The notes under the pieces: generated by a model
The model's database searches: none
What the model was told of the DNA's origin: nothing
Seen by the model: only the letters and a program-made list of their open reading frames with translations
NCBI GenBank assembly: GCA_965223305.1
Contig: CBDCWT010000007.1
Coordinates: forward strand, 36,465-100,464
Origin: Pirellulaceae bacterium
GTDB taxonomy: Bacteria; Planctomycetota; Planctomycetia; Pirellulales; Pirellulaceae
DNA length: 64,000 bases
Direction: 5' to 3'
Shown: positions 28,335-37,260 of the stretch, piece after piece
Numbering within the stretch: position 1 is the stretch's first letter
Layout: every line of letters starts with the position of its first letter
Position numbers and translations under genes: made by a program

Positions 28335-29129
28335 TTATCGCCGAGCTCTTACTTCTAAATCGAGGGCCTGCAGGAACTCTCTGCTCAGCGAATAGCCTTC
28401 GTCCGGCCGGTTGATTTCGAATCGCACAGCGAGCTGCGAGTACGGAGTGCTGTCGCGAACCACCGGCGCGTGGCGGACATGGAGTCCATTGGTGGGTAGG
28501 CCGTTCCATCGCGTCAGATAAAGCCCGGCACCGAGGCTCGGTTCTCGCCTCATGGCAAAACGCTGCATTGCTAGTTCGACCAACGGACGTTCATCACCGG
28601 TGTGCCCTTCGAAGGTGATGCGGCGAACTCTGCCTCGCTCGTCGAAGTAGTAGCTAAGCGACCCGGCCAGGTCGCCGACTTGGGAGCCGGTGACCAGCGG
28701 TACGCGAAGTCCCTTGCGAGTTCGATCGGAGAGAATCGTCGAGACACGTGGCCAGCGGTTGAGGACCCAGCGGTCGTTGACATCGAGGCGCAGGGCTTCT
28801 TCGAGCGAAGTGATGGTTCCCCCAGTCCGAGTAGTTGTGAAGCCTGCGTAGCCGAGAGGTCGTGGCGAAGTGTTGCTGGCTGCGAGATCTCGGCTGGCAT
28901 ACGGATTCCTTGTTCCGGCCGGCGATCGGTTGCTATTGGGCTGCACCGCTGACCAGGCCGCGCGGAACTTCTCGCGAACCTGTCGCGGTGCACCCTCGCT
29001 GAACCAGGCATAGGGCACGCCGCCGGCAACCGAGACAATCGCTAAAAGCCTTGCCGCTCTCCCCATCGTTTCTCGCCCTTTTACCTCCGAAACCAAGGCA
29101 CTCCCGCGGCTAGCATCGGGTGTCGACAC
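28335..29129 (-). CDS. Hypothetical secreted protein
   Basis: Long ORF with a signal-like N-terminus (MGRAARLLAIVSVAGG). No recognised motifs. Start uncertain. Confidence 0.4.
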   Translation of the reverse strand: MSTPDASRGSALVSEVKGRETMGRAARLLAIVSVAGGVPYAWFSEGAPRQVREKFRAAWSAVQPNSNRSPAGTRNPYASRDLAASNTSPRPLGYAGFTTTRTGGTITSLEEALRLDVNDRWVLNRWPRVSTILSDRTRKGLRVPLVTGSQVGDLAGSLSYYFDERGRVRRITFEGHTGDERPLVELAMQRFAMRREPSLGAGLYLTRWNGLPTNGLHVRHAPVVRDSTPYSQLAVRFEINRPDEGYSLSREFLQALDLEVRARR

Positions 29130-29189
29130 GATGCGGGTTGAACGCCGGCAGTTGGCACCTTGCAGCCGGAACAGCAGCTAGAATCGGCA

Positions 29190-29603
29190 TCACTCGCCGA
29201 ACAACTCGGTGAGAATTTGAGGAGTGACGTTCAGCAGGGCGGCGGCGTATTCTTCGTCGCTGTAGTAGGCATCTCGCTCGTGCGCCATATCGATATTCAG
29301 CGTCTGCAACATCTGCTCGGCTTTTTCCTGGGGGTAGCGGCGCTGCAGCTGCTTGAGAAAGTGCTGGAAGTCCGATTCGTACAGCGCGACCGCGATCGTC
29401 GGCCAGCGGCGAATCAGGTGACGAGGATTGCTTTCCAGCACTTGTTGGCGACAGTAGGCTGCGATGCGGCTGAGACGACAGCGCTCGGCGATCGCGGCAG
29501 CCACGATCAGCATCCGATCGCGAACATGAGGCTGCCGCCGCCGCTCGCTGGCGCGCGCTAGATGCAGATACATAGCAAGGAGATCGATCGGTCGTGACAT
29601 CAA
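29190..29603 (-). CDS. Hypothetical alpha-helical protein, translationally coupled to the upstream methyltransferase gene
   Basis: The 137-aa ORF start overlaps the stop of the 29600-30826 gene by 4 nt (ATGA). Confidence 0.4.
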   Translation of the reverse strand: MMSRPIDLLAMYLHLARASERRRQPHVRDRMLIVAAAIAERCRLSRIAAYCRQQVLESNPRHLIRRWPTIAVALYESDFQHFLKQLQRRYPQEKAEQMLQTLNIDMAHERDAYYSDEEYAAALLNVTPQILTELFGE

Positions 29604-30826
29604 GGGTCCCCCCTCGATGGCCCTATGGGGCCGGCCACGACGTCGTGGGCTGCCGGCGTTCGCTCAGCCCGCTGCGCGACGATCGCCACGGTGCCACCTC
29701 GCCGGCCCGCCACGATCAGCACCGCGTGCTGCGACCCGTTTCGTGATCGCAGCCGCCGGCGGAGTTCAGCGGGGTCAAGGGCTAGGCCACGGCACTTGAT
29801 CTCCAAATGGGCGATCCCGCGGGCGCGGAGCAGTGCGCGGACACGTTTTACGTCGAAAGGCAGCGCTTCTTGCACTGTGAATGCAGTCAGCAGCGGGTGG
29901 GGGACAAACGAATCGCCGGTTAGATAACCTCTGGTCGCAGCGAACTGGGCCAGTCCGTGCCGGTCGGCGAGTTCTGCCTCTAAGTGGGCCGCCAGCACGG
30001 TGGGATCAGGCTCGTAGATGAACCGTCCCGGACAGTTGGTCTGTCGCATTGGCGGAGCAGGACCGTTGGCTGACAGCTGGCTCGTACGTCCGTCGCGAGA
30101 GATGACCGTGGCCGTGCGGCCGGTCGAACGAGCCAGAGCTCCCCACCAGGCAACTTGCTGCCGGCACTCGCCGCGGCTTCCGATCCACTCCAATTCAACG
30201 TCGCCGGAATGGCTGGGCAGCTCGGTCGCAGGTGCCAACTTGACCGCGCCGGTGGGGTGGCTGCGAACGAAGTGCTGGATGGTGTCGAACCCTGGCTGGT
30301 ACTGCTCGATGCGGGTCACACGTCGTCCCTGTGCCCGCCGATCCGGGTCGAGATGCCACACTTCTTCGGCCGAGAGTCGCCAAAGATCGGCGTTGGCTTG
30401 CACGATTTGCGTGGGTTGTCCCAACGGCCCACCGTTCGCCCGCGCCAGCAGCGCGGCCACAGGATCACGGTCGACTCCGAGACACGATGTAACAGCTGTC
30501 AGGGCGTGTAGGTCGCCACCGATTCCACAGCAGAGGTCGATCACTTGCGAGTGTCCCCGGTACCGTTGGGCTTTGTAGGCAGCGATCTGCTCGTCTGTCG
30601 CCTGTTCGAGCGCCGAGCGTGTAAAGAACATACACGCGGCGCGGGAGAACTTTGCTGCAGCCCGACGCCGCAGCACAGTCTGTTCGATCAGTAGGCGGGC
30701 GCGATTTGACGGCAATGCGCGGCGCAGGGCCTTGGCCAACCCGAGTTCCGGTCCCTCGTGGGCGGCGGCTCTCTCCAAATACGCTCGGCCCTCGTCACCG
30801 ACAAGCCAGCGGTAGTCGTCCAGCAT
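29600..30826 (-). CDS. Class I SAM-dependent methyltransferase (likely THUMP-like or RNA methyltransferase family)
   Basis: Motif I VIDLCCGIGGD. A 408-aa Rossmann-fold methyltransferase core with a C-terminal extension. Confidence 0.6.
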   Translation of the reverse strand: MLDDYRWLVGDEGRAYLERAAAHEGPELGLAKALRRALPSNRARLLIEQTVLRRRAAAKFSRAACMFFTRSALEQATDEQIAAYKAQRYRGHSQVIDLCCGIGGDLHALTAVTSCLGVDRDPVAALLARANGGPLGQPTQIVQANADLWRLSAEEVWHLDPDRRAQGRRVTRIEQYQPGFDTIQHFVRSHPTGAVKLAPATELPSHSGDVELEWIGSRGECRQQVAWWGALARSTGRTATVISRDGRTSQLSANGPAPPMRQTNCPGRFIYEPDPTVLAAHLEAELADRHGLAQFAATRGYLTGDSFVPHPLLTAFTVQEALPFDVKRVRALLRARGIAHLEIKCRGLALDPAELRRRLRSRNGSQHAVLIVAGRRGGTVAIVAQRAERTPAAHDVVAGPIGPSRGDP

Positions 30827-30868
30827 CGCCCCCCCTCCCCCGGCGAGGTCGTGCAGCTTCTAACTTAG

Positions 30869-31042
30869 CCCGGATTATTCATGAAGATCGTGGCGAGAGG
30901 TTGTAAGTACGTTCGTGGCAAGGAAGGCGAGCAATTCTTCCGCAGGCGTATTGAAGCAATACGTCGAGGGAGAATTGTGAAGCATGACGAAGCCACGGAT
31001 GGACTTACGACCTCGCAGCAGATCGCTCATGAATAATTCGGG
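30869..31042. mobile_element. MITE-like element, family E, with perfect 16-bp TIRs (cccggattattcatga / tcatgaataattcggg). It encloses a 51-codon ORF on the minus strand (31030..30875)
   Basis: About 97% identical, in reverse complement, to 53569-53743. The ORF start and stop codons lie inside the two TIRs. Confidence 0.8.
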
Positions 31043-31045
31043 TTA

Positions 31046-31310
31046 GTGCGTGATTTCGTCTTTCGTCACTCTCCCCTTGGAGGCTGTGCAGCTTTTAAGT
31101 TAGTGCGTGATTTATGTTTCGTCACTCTCCCCTTCGGGGAGAGTCGGCCCGAAGGGCCGGAGAGGGGGGCACCCCTCGGGGGCGATCACTCTCGCGCAGC
31201 CCTCCTCGGACGCTATCGCGTCCGACCCTCCCGCGCGCGGGAGGGTGAGGTGGATGTCCGCTGGTTTGTGAAGCGCAATGCTGCACAGCCTCCGGCAGAC
31301 AGCGTTCTGA
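31046..31310. repeat. Repeat family B partial copy (palindromic tctccccttcggggaga plus the gtgaagcgcaatgctg tail)
   Basis: Shares actctccccttcggggagagtcggcccgaagggccggagagggggg and gggagggtgaggtggatgtccgc...gtgaagcgcaa with the array at 6412-6960. Confidence 0.8.
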
Positions 31311-31321
31311 GAGGCGGTGCG

Positions 31322-32680
31322 CTAGCTGCTGTTCTCTCCCAGCAGCTTTTCTTCGGCCTTGTCTGCTTGCCAAGCGACGGCGGTGATCAGCCGTGTGACT
31401 TCGAGTGAATCGGCAGTGTCCGCCAGCTGGTTGGCCTGCACGACAATGACCTCCCCAGAAGGTGTTTCTTGGACGGCGAAGGCACCGTGGACCATCTGCT
31501 GGTTGAACTTCAGTAGGAGCATCGCATTTTGCTCGGACGCAGGACCGCAGATCGATGTGTAGGAGATGACGGCGTGGCCGGCGTCGTCACGACCACCGAA
31601 TCCGACGTTGACGACCTGTTGGCGCAGGCTTCCGATCGGCACGTTGACTTGCCAGACGTCGCCGGCCTCGGTGATCTTCCAGCCAGATGCTTCGGCGATG
31701 GCTTTTACCAGCTGCTTGGGATCGCTGGCGGCGGGGGCCAACGCTGCGAAATCGAGTCCCCCACCCTGCCCTGCTGCCGCAACTCCCGCAGTTCCGCCTG
31801 GCGTGGGAGGCGTCGTAGGGGCGGCCGCCATTCCCTGCATCGCCTGTTGCAGCATGGTGGGCATCATCATGCCGAACCCAGCTCCCATACCCATCCCCAT
31901 CGCATCGCTGCCAGTCCCGCCTCCTCCTCCTCCGCTCTCCGCCATTTTGGCCATACTATTGGCGGCCTGGAACATCGTGAAAGAGCGCAGGTCGCCAATG
32001 GCTCCCATGCTGCTGCGAGCGTCAATCGCCTTTTGCACTTCTTTGGGAGGCGTGATGGCGTTGATGAAGAAGTCGACCAACTCGAGTCCGTACTTGGCAA
32101 ACTCCTCGGCCACTTTCAAACGCGTGGCTGCGCCAATCTCGTCAAAGCGGGCTGGAAGATCCAACATGCTGACCTTCAGGGTTCCCAGCACATCGGTCAT
32201 CCGCGAAACGATTAGATCTTTGAGGTAGCCGGTGATTTCGTCGGTTGTAAATTTGCCCTGGGTACCGACGAGAGTATTCAACAGAATCTCCGCATCCGAT
32301 ACGCGATAGGAGAACTTGCCGAAACTTCGTAATCGCACCATCCCAAAATCATTGTCGCGGACCGTAATCGGCTGACGCGTACCCCATTTCTGGTCGACGA
32401 AGGTCTGTTTTCCGATGAAGTAGACCTGCGCTTGAAACGGCGACTTTTCCCACGGCGTGGTGAGAATCTTCGTGATGAGCGGGACGTTGGCGGTCGTCAA
32501 GGTGTAGCGGCCCGCCGCGAAGCGATCCATCGCCTTGCCGTCTCGAAAAAAAATGGCCTCCTGGTTCTCTTGCACGATCAGCTGGGCGCCCAGGTGGATG
32601 TCGGCCGAACCCTGAGGCGGGATGCGGTGAACCAGTGAGCGATTTGATTCGTCGAAGTAACTGATAACTTCCAGTTTCAT
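31322..32680 (-). CDS. SPFH/band-7 protein of the COG4260 (YdjI-like) family, fused to a Gly/Met-rich linker and a C-terminal YbjN-like domain
   Basis: The N-terminal 250 aa align by eye to B. subtilis YdjI: [16 protein letters not shown]...[20 protein letters not shown]...[14 protein letters not shown]...[30 protein letters not shown]. The C-terminal 130 aa carry YbjN-type motifs. The join to the YdjI-like domain is a low-complexity GGGGGG...MGMGMG linker. Confidence 0.7.
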   Translation of the reverse strand: MKLEVISYFDESNRSLVHRIPPQGSADIHLGAQLIVQENQEAIFFRDGKAMDRFAAGRYTLTTANVPLITKILTTPWEKSPFQAQVYFIGKQTFVDQKWGTRQPITVRDNDFGMVRLRSFGKFSYRVSDAEILLNTLVGTQGKFTTDEITGYLKDLIVSRMTDVLGTLKVSMLDLPARFDEIGAATRLKVAEEFAKYGLELVDFFINAITPPKEVQKAIDARSSMGAIGDLRSFTMFQAANSMAKMAESGGGGGGTGSDAMGMGMGAGFGMMMPTMLQQAMQGMAAAPTTPPTPGGTAGVAAAGQGGGLDFAALAPAASDPKQLVKAIAEASGWKITEAGDVWQVNVPIGSLRQQVVNVGFGGRDDAGHAVISYTSICGPASEQNAMLLLKFNQQMVHGAFAVQETPSGEVIVVQANQLADTADSLEVTRLITAVAWQADKAEEKLLGENSS

Positions 32681-32714
32681 GTCTGGATTTCCTTATTTCC
32701 TGCTCGGCAAAGTA

Positions 32715-33326
32715 TCACTGAGTCGACAGGCCCTGGAGTATCTCGGAGCGCCGGTCGACGCGACGAGCCAGAGCGTCTAGGCGATTCTCGACATTCGCGA
32801 CGGCCTCAGCGGGCTCGGCTTTTAGATTCGGTAGCTGTTCCACCGCCTCGGACAGGCTGCGCACGTCTTGGATGATGGTCAGATCGTGCTCGTAGACCTC
32901 ATCGAGCATCTTCTCGTCAACCCGTACGAAATCAAAAAAACCGCTATAGCCTTGTACGGCGCCCTGCAGCTTGGATTGCAGTGTATCGAGACGGCCACGC
33001 AACCGCTCGCACAGCGGCAGCGCATCGATATTGCCGCCGTCCAGCAGCGTTCGCTGATACTTGTCTAGGCTGGTCTTGCATCGCTGGAGCTCCTGACCAG
33101 CAAAGTCACGGGCCAGGTCGTCGCTCTGACGCCGATACTCTTTTTCGAGATACCCTCGGAACCCGGGGATGTACCGCAGGATCGACTCCACCAGGTTCCG
33201 TGAATCAGCGTGTTGTGCAGGATCCACCACCGATTGTGCCCTCCTAGAAGAGACGTGTTGACACGAGTTCTGCGCAGGCAAACTGTTGCACCGGTTGATG
33301 CATGACGTCGGTGCCTCCCCCCGCAT
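32715..33326 (-). CDS. Hypothetical coiled-coil protein; start uncertain
   Basis: The extended ORF runs to 33542, but its first 70 codons lie in repeat-derived DNA, so an internal Met was chosen as start. The C-terminal 150 aa form predicted coiled coils. Confidence 0.35.
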   Translation of the reverse strand: MRGEAPTSCINRCNSLPAQNSCQHVSSRRAQSVVDPAQHADSRNLVESILRYIPGFRGYLEKEYRRQSDDLARDFAGQELQRCKTSLDKYQRTLLDGGNIDALPLCERLRGRLDTLQSKLQGAVQGYSGFFDFVRVDEKMLDEVYEHDLTIIQDVRSLSEAVEQLPNLKAEPAEAVANVENRLDALARRVDRRSEILQGLSTQ

Positions 33327-33439
33327 GACGAGCTTGCGCTTTCCACATTTGTAGCAGAAGTTGGAGCCGATTGCAGCGAGCGGTGGTCGTTGGAGCCACT
33401 CTGATTGGCAGCCGGAGGCAGTTTGGCGGAGCGCGTCCA

Positions 33440-33800
33440 CTTCACTCTCCCGTCCGGAGGTCGTGCGGCTTCTACGCTTCATGCAGTCCGCCAAACTCTG
33501 GCGAGTTCGGCTACGACTCTGGCGAGTTCGGCTACGCTCCAAATCAGCCGCTGGGCGTTAGCCCACGGTTCCCCAGCGAAACCGACGCGTAGCGTCCGGG
33601 GAGGGCTCCCCCTCAACCGGCCCTTTGGGCCGACTCTCCCCGAGGGGAGAGTGAAAGAGAGCTGAATCCGGCCCTTTAGGCGTAAAGGGCCAGCGTGGCC
33701 TTTGGCCGCCACCAAAGTCCCTTCTCCCCGCCGGGGAGAAGGTGGCCGAAGGCCGGATGAGGGGGAAACAGAGTGAAGACTTGCGCTGGGCGCGAAGACT
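33440..33800. repeat. Repeat family B copy in inverted orientation, with palindromes
   Basis: gccaaactctggcgagttcggctacg (twice), ccaaatcagccgctgggcgttagcccacggtt, gactctccccgaggggagagtg and cttctccccgccggggagaaggtggccgaaggccgg. This is the reverse complement of the 6412-6960 units. Confidence 0.85.
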
Positions 33801-33952
33801 TGGACTAGTTGCATGGAGGACCCGCGTCCTGAGCAGCCCCCGGATTCGTCTGGCGGGTGGAGATAGGTTCTGCTACAGTCCGCGGCCTTGTCAAAAACTA
33901 GCGCGGAGCCTCTGCAGCTAGCGTGCGCCTTGTCATCTCGTGCAGCTCGCGA

Positions 33953-34669
33953 ATGGACAGCACTCGAACTAAGAACAAGAAGTTGTGGGCCGCCACTTTT
34001 TCGCTGGTCACGGTCATTGTTGTGGGTTGTGCTGGCAAGCCACTCTGGCTCGACGTCGTGGCGTTGAACCCGATGGTGCGCGAAAAGTGGGCGGCGGACG
34101 AGCAGCTCGGGCCGACCTTTTACGCGAAACGAGATGAGCTGCGGGCGGTGCGGGAGTCGATTCCGCTTATGACAGCCGAGCAGCAAGAGCGGCTGGTCAG
34201 TCAGTTGAGTGAAGTCTTGCAACAGGAGGAGAACGATCTGCTGAGGCGAGAAGCCGTGCTGACGCTGGGATACACCTCGACAGCCAGCGCCGTTCCTGCT
34301 CTGCGGGCAGCACTTTCTGATCCGGAGGCCGATGTTCGCGGCGGAGCGTGTCAAGCTTGGGCACAACGTGGCGGCCGGGACGCGGCGACCGCGCTGGCTC
34401 AGGTCATCGGCAGCGACCAGGACGCTGATGTGCGGATCACGGCGGTTAGCGAGTTGCGGCGCTTTCGCGGGCCGGTTGTGCTCCAAGCATTGTCGCTGGC
34501 CCTGGATGATAACGACCCCGCCCTGCAGTACGCTGCCGTTCAATCGCTGCGCGAAGTGGGGGACAGCGATTATGGAAACAGCGTCTACGCGTGGCGCGAG
34601 TATCTGCGCGGAAACAACCCACCTGTACCGCGACCCTCGCTAGTGGAGCGGCTCGGCAACTGGTTCTAA
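33953..34669 (+). CDS. HEAT/PBS-repeat lipoprotein
   Basis: Lipobox VIVVGCAG. Repeated AL..AL.D.D..VR..A motifs (ALSDPEADVRGGACQAW; DQDADVRITAVSEL; DDNDPALQYAAVQSL). Confidence 0.55.
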   Translation: MDSTRTKNKKLWAATFSLVTVIVVGCAGKPLWLDVVALNPMVREKWAADEQLGPTFYAKRDELRAVRESIPLMTAEQQERLVSQLSEVLQQEENDLLRREAVLTLGYTSTASAVPALRAALSDPEADVRGGACQAWAQRGGRDAATALAQVIGSDQDADVRITAVSELRRFRGPVVLQALSLALDDNDPALQYAAVQSLREVGDSDYGNSVYAWREYLRGNNPPVPRPSLVERLGNWF

Positions 34670-34771
34670 ACCGTAGTGCGCGGCGCAAAGAACCGGACGT
34701 TGCCATGCCGGCGGAAACACTTTACGATGCGTTTGCGATCGGCAAAGTGATTCCCAACCTCGTGGCGACGC

Positions 34772-35704
34772 ATGAAACTGCAACCGTTCAATGAACAATT
34801 CGCGGCAATCTACAAGGTGGCGGTGCGGCTCTGTAAGACGTTTGAAGCCGATGGGTTGTTGGTAATGTTGGACGGTCCTACTGATTGGACCGAACTTCGA
34901 AAGCGCGCCAGCGACATCAAGCTGCTGGTCGTGGCGGATTCCGACCAGCAGCTGGCTGGTGCCGAAGAAGCGGGCTTGCAGACGGTCGTCTTGGATCTAG
35001 ATGAAGCTCCGATGCAGGAGCGACTCACCCAGGCTCTGCTCGAGAGCGTAGCGGCAGAGATCTTGGCACCCGGTGCCTCGGTCGTGGCCGTCTACACGGG
35101 CTTCGAGGCGGGGGCGATCGATTCGATTAGCTACATCAGCCTCGATAAGAATCTGGGCCGGTTGACGGCGAGAGACCTCCGCCAAATCGAAACCAGCGTT
35201 CCGCTGGAAACTCTCAAGACCGTGGTCGATTTGGCAATCGAGATCGGCCGCGAAGGGCGTGAAGGCAAACCTGTGGGTACCCTGTTTGTGGTCGGCGACA
35301 CGCGCAAGGTGCTCCATCATTGCCGCCCGATGGGGTTCGACCCGGTGCGCGGGTACAGCCGCAAAGAGCGGAGTCTGCAGGACCCGCGCGCGAGAGAGTG
35401 GATCAAGGAGATTGCTCAGCTAGACGGTGCCATCGTCGTCGCCCCCGACGGGACCGTCGAGAAGTCGTGCCAGTTGGTCAACGCTGATCATGCCCATCTG
35501 ACGCTCTCCAAGGGGCTGGGGTCACGCCACTGGGCGGGGGCGGCCGTCAGTCGTAACACGAAGGCTATCTCGGTCGTCGTCAGCGAGTCCAATGGAACTG
35601 TACGGCTCTTCAACAATGGCGAGGTGATTCTCCGCGTTGAGCCATTTCGGCGAGCAATGAAGTGGAAGGATTTCAAGTACGAGCCGCCAGCGGCCGGGGA
35701 GTAA
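34772..35704 (+). CDS. Cytosolic protein with a diadenylate-cyclase (DAC/DisA_N) domain; non-canonical RHW in place of RHR; about 150 aa uncharacterised N-terminal domain
   Basis: The C-terminal 150 aa align to the CdaA DAC domain: KPVGTLFVVGD, DGAIVVAPDG and LGSRHWAGAAVSRNTKAISVVVSESNGTV, against DGAVII and LGTRHRAALGIS...IVVSEETG. No TM helices. Confidence 0.7.
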   Translation: MKLQPFNEQFAAIYKVAVRLCKTFEADGLLVMLDGPTDWTELRKRASDIKLLVVADSDQQLAGAEEAGLQTVVLDLDEAPMQERLTQALLESVAAEILAPGASVVAVYTGFEAGAIDSISYISLDKNLGRLTARDLRQIETSVPLETLKTVVDLAIEIGREGREGKPVGTLFVVGDTRKVLHHCRPMGFDPVRGYSRKERSLQDPRAREWIKEIAQLDGAIVVAPDGTVEKSCQLVNADHAHLTLSKGLGSRHWAGAAVSRNTKAISVVVSESNGTVRLFNNGEVILRVEPFRRAMKWKDFKYEPPAAGE

Positions 35705-35814
35705 GTCAGCCGGTCAGCCCGTCGCTACGAGGGGCCGCAAGACGACCGAGTTGGGTTCGACAGCAGAGAGTACAGCTCAGCACGAGAAACTCGAGCTGCC
35801 GCGTCCCGAGATGC

Positions 35815-35950
35815 GAGCTAAGGAGTCGTCCAACAATAGGTTGCCGATATTCATCCCCCTCACTCTGCCCTCTCCCCCTGCTATTCTCGCTGCGTGAGGC
35901 ACGGGAGAGGGAACAGAAGTCGGCAACTTGTTGTTGTACAGCGCCTAAAT
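35815..35950. repeat. Structured intergenic element, family D, second copy
   Basis: ttgccgatattcatccccctcactctgccctctccccc...gggagagggaacagaagtcggcaacttgttgttgtacagcgcctaaattg. Matches 11575-11700. Confidence 0.6.
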
Positions 35951-36856
35951 TGTGTCGCGGCGTTTGACCAGTACCAATTGATTGCCGCTGTCGTTGTAGC
36001 TCATCTCGTCCATGAACGCGTGCATCAGCACGATTCCCCGTCCCTGTTGCTTACCGTTGGAGCTAAGCGAACCGGACGCGGCTTCGCTGGCGGTCACCTG
36101 ATGATTGAATCCCGGACCCTCGTCTTGGACAACAAAACGGGCTTCCTCGCGGCCAATTTCTGCAGTGACATGGATCTTGCGGTCCCGGTACGGCAGCTCA
36201 GCCCGGCGTTGTTCGACCAACTTCCTGTTTTCGCTCGCCTGATCGTGAGCGTCTTGAAGTTGATCGAATGAGATCTCGAGGTTGCCCCGATAGAGGGCGT
36301 TGAAGAGTGCTTCTTTGAGAGCGACACCGATGCGGAACTTGCCGGTGTGATCGGTCAAACCCATGCCTCCGATGGCTTGCTGAATGAGGTCGATCAAGGC
36401 ATCCACGAGGGCCGGGTCGTTCTCCAGTGCGAAGTCCAGGACGATGCGGTTTTGACACTCCATGAGCCGCGTGAGGGCTCGGTCGCTGGTCGTCATGGCC
36501 AGCAGCTCTTCGGCCGTCTGGCGCAGCGTCTTGCTCATCTGCGACTTGGGAACGTAGCTCGAGGCGCCTTGCTCGAGGGCCTGTACCGCGATCTCCTCAC
36601 TTCCCTTGGCCGTCATCAATATCACTGGTACGTCCGGACTGGTGAGCCGCACTCGGGTCACCAATTCCAGGCCGTCCATCTCGGGCATCTGCAGGTCCGT
36701 GACGACGAGGTCCGGTTTCAGCTGTTGAATCTTGTCTAGTGCCTGTTCGCCGTTGTCCGCATAGATCACGTCGACACCGGGCGACTCCTCGATTAGTCCG
36801 CCGGCAAACCTCCTGTCTACGGCTGTGTCATCGACAATCAGCACTGTTGGCATCAT
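35945..36856 (-). CDS. Response-regulator receiver domain fused to an RsbW-like anti-sigma/Ser kinase HATPase_c domain
   Basis: REC domain (TVLIVDDTAVDR...DLVVTDLQMPEMDGLELV...VILMTAKG) followed by a GHKL ATPase fold (HVTAEIGREEARFVVQDEGPGF). Start placed at MMPTV. Confidence 0.7.
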   Translation of the reverse strand: MMPTVLIVDDTAVDRRFAGGLIEESPGVDVIYADNGEQALDKIQQLKPDLVVTDLQMPEMDGLELVTRVRLTSPDVPVILMTAKGSEEIAVQALEQGASSYVPKSQMSKTLRQTAEELLAMTTSDRALTRLMECQNRIVLDFALENDPALVDALIDLIQQAIGGMGLTDHTGKFRIGVALKEALFNALYRGNLEISFDQLQDAHDQASENRKLVEQRRAELPYRDRKIHVTAEIGREEARFVVQDEGPGFNHQVTASEAASGSLSSNGKQQGRGIVLMHAFMDEMSYNDSGNQLVLVKRRDTI

Positions 36857-37260
36857 AGGCCTCCCATTTCCGCAAGTCGTTGCGAACGAAACCTGAGTCG
36901 CGAGCGACGAATCTTCGACTCCCCCCCTACCGTCGGAGTCGCGAGAGGTTTCCCTTCCCGTATGTCTCGCGTCGCCCCATGTTCGAGCGCGCCTACGCTT
37001 GAGGTCGGAAAAAAACTCGGAGATTTCTCCACGTTTGGCCCGCAAACTAACTTGGTGTCGGCTGCTATCGCTGCGCACGATGGAGTCGTGAGCCCGACCT
37101 CAAGGTAACGATCTTTGCGTTTGTTTCAAGTCATCTGGCCGCCAGATCGACCGCTCTGGCCCGCGCAGGCGGAGGCGTGGATCGTCCTTACGGCGCAGAA
37201 CCGCCGTGTGAGACCGGTGGAATACGGGCTCTGGTGACGCTATTCTCATTTGAGAGAATC

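Noticed and set aside
31529-32228. Two overlapping plus-strand ORFs (228 and 220 aa) antisense to the SPFH-YbjN gene.
   Set aside because: The sense-strand protein aligns to YdjI over 250 aa. The antisense frames are low-complexity (Ala/Pro/Gly-rich).
32715-33542. N-terminal CxxC zinc-ribbon on the coiled-coil protein (CYKCGKRK...C..C), suggesting a YdjG-like partner for the SPFH protein.
   Set aside because: That part of the extended ORF lies in repeat-derived DNA (family B inverted copy). It is probably not translated, so the start was moved to an internal Met and the zinc-ribbon inference dropped.
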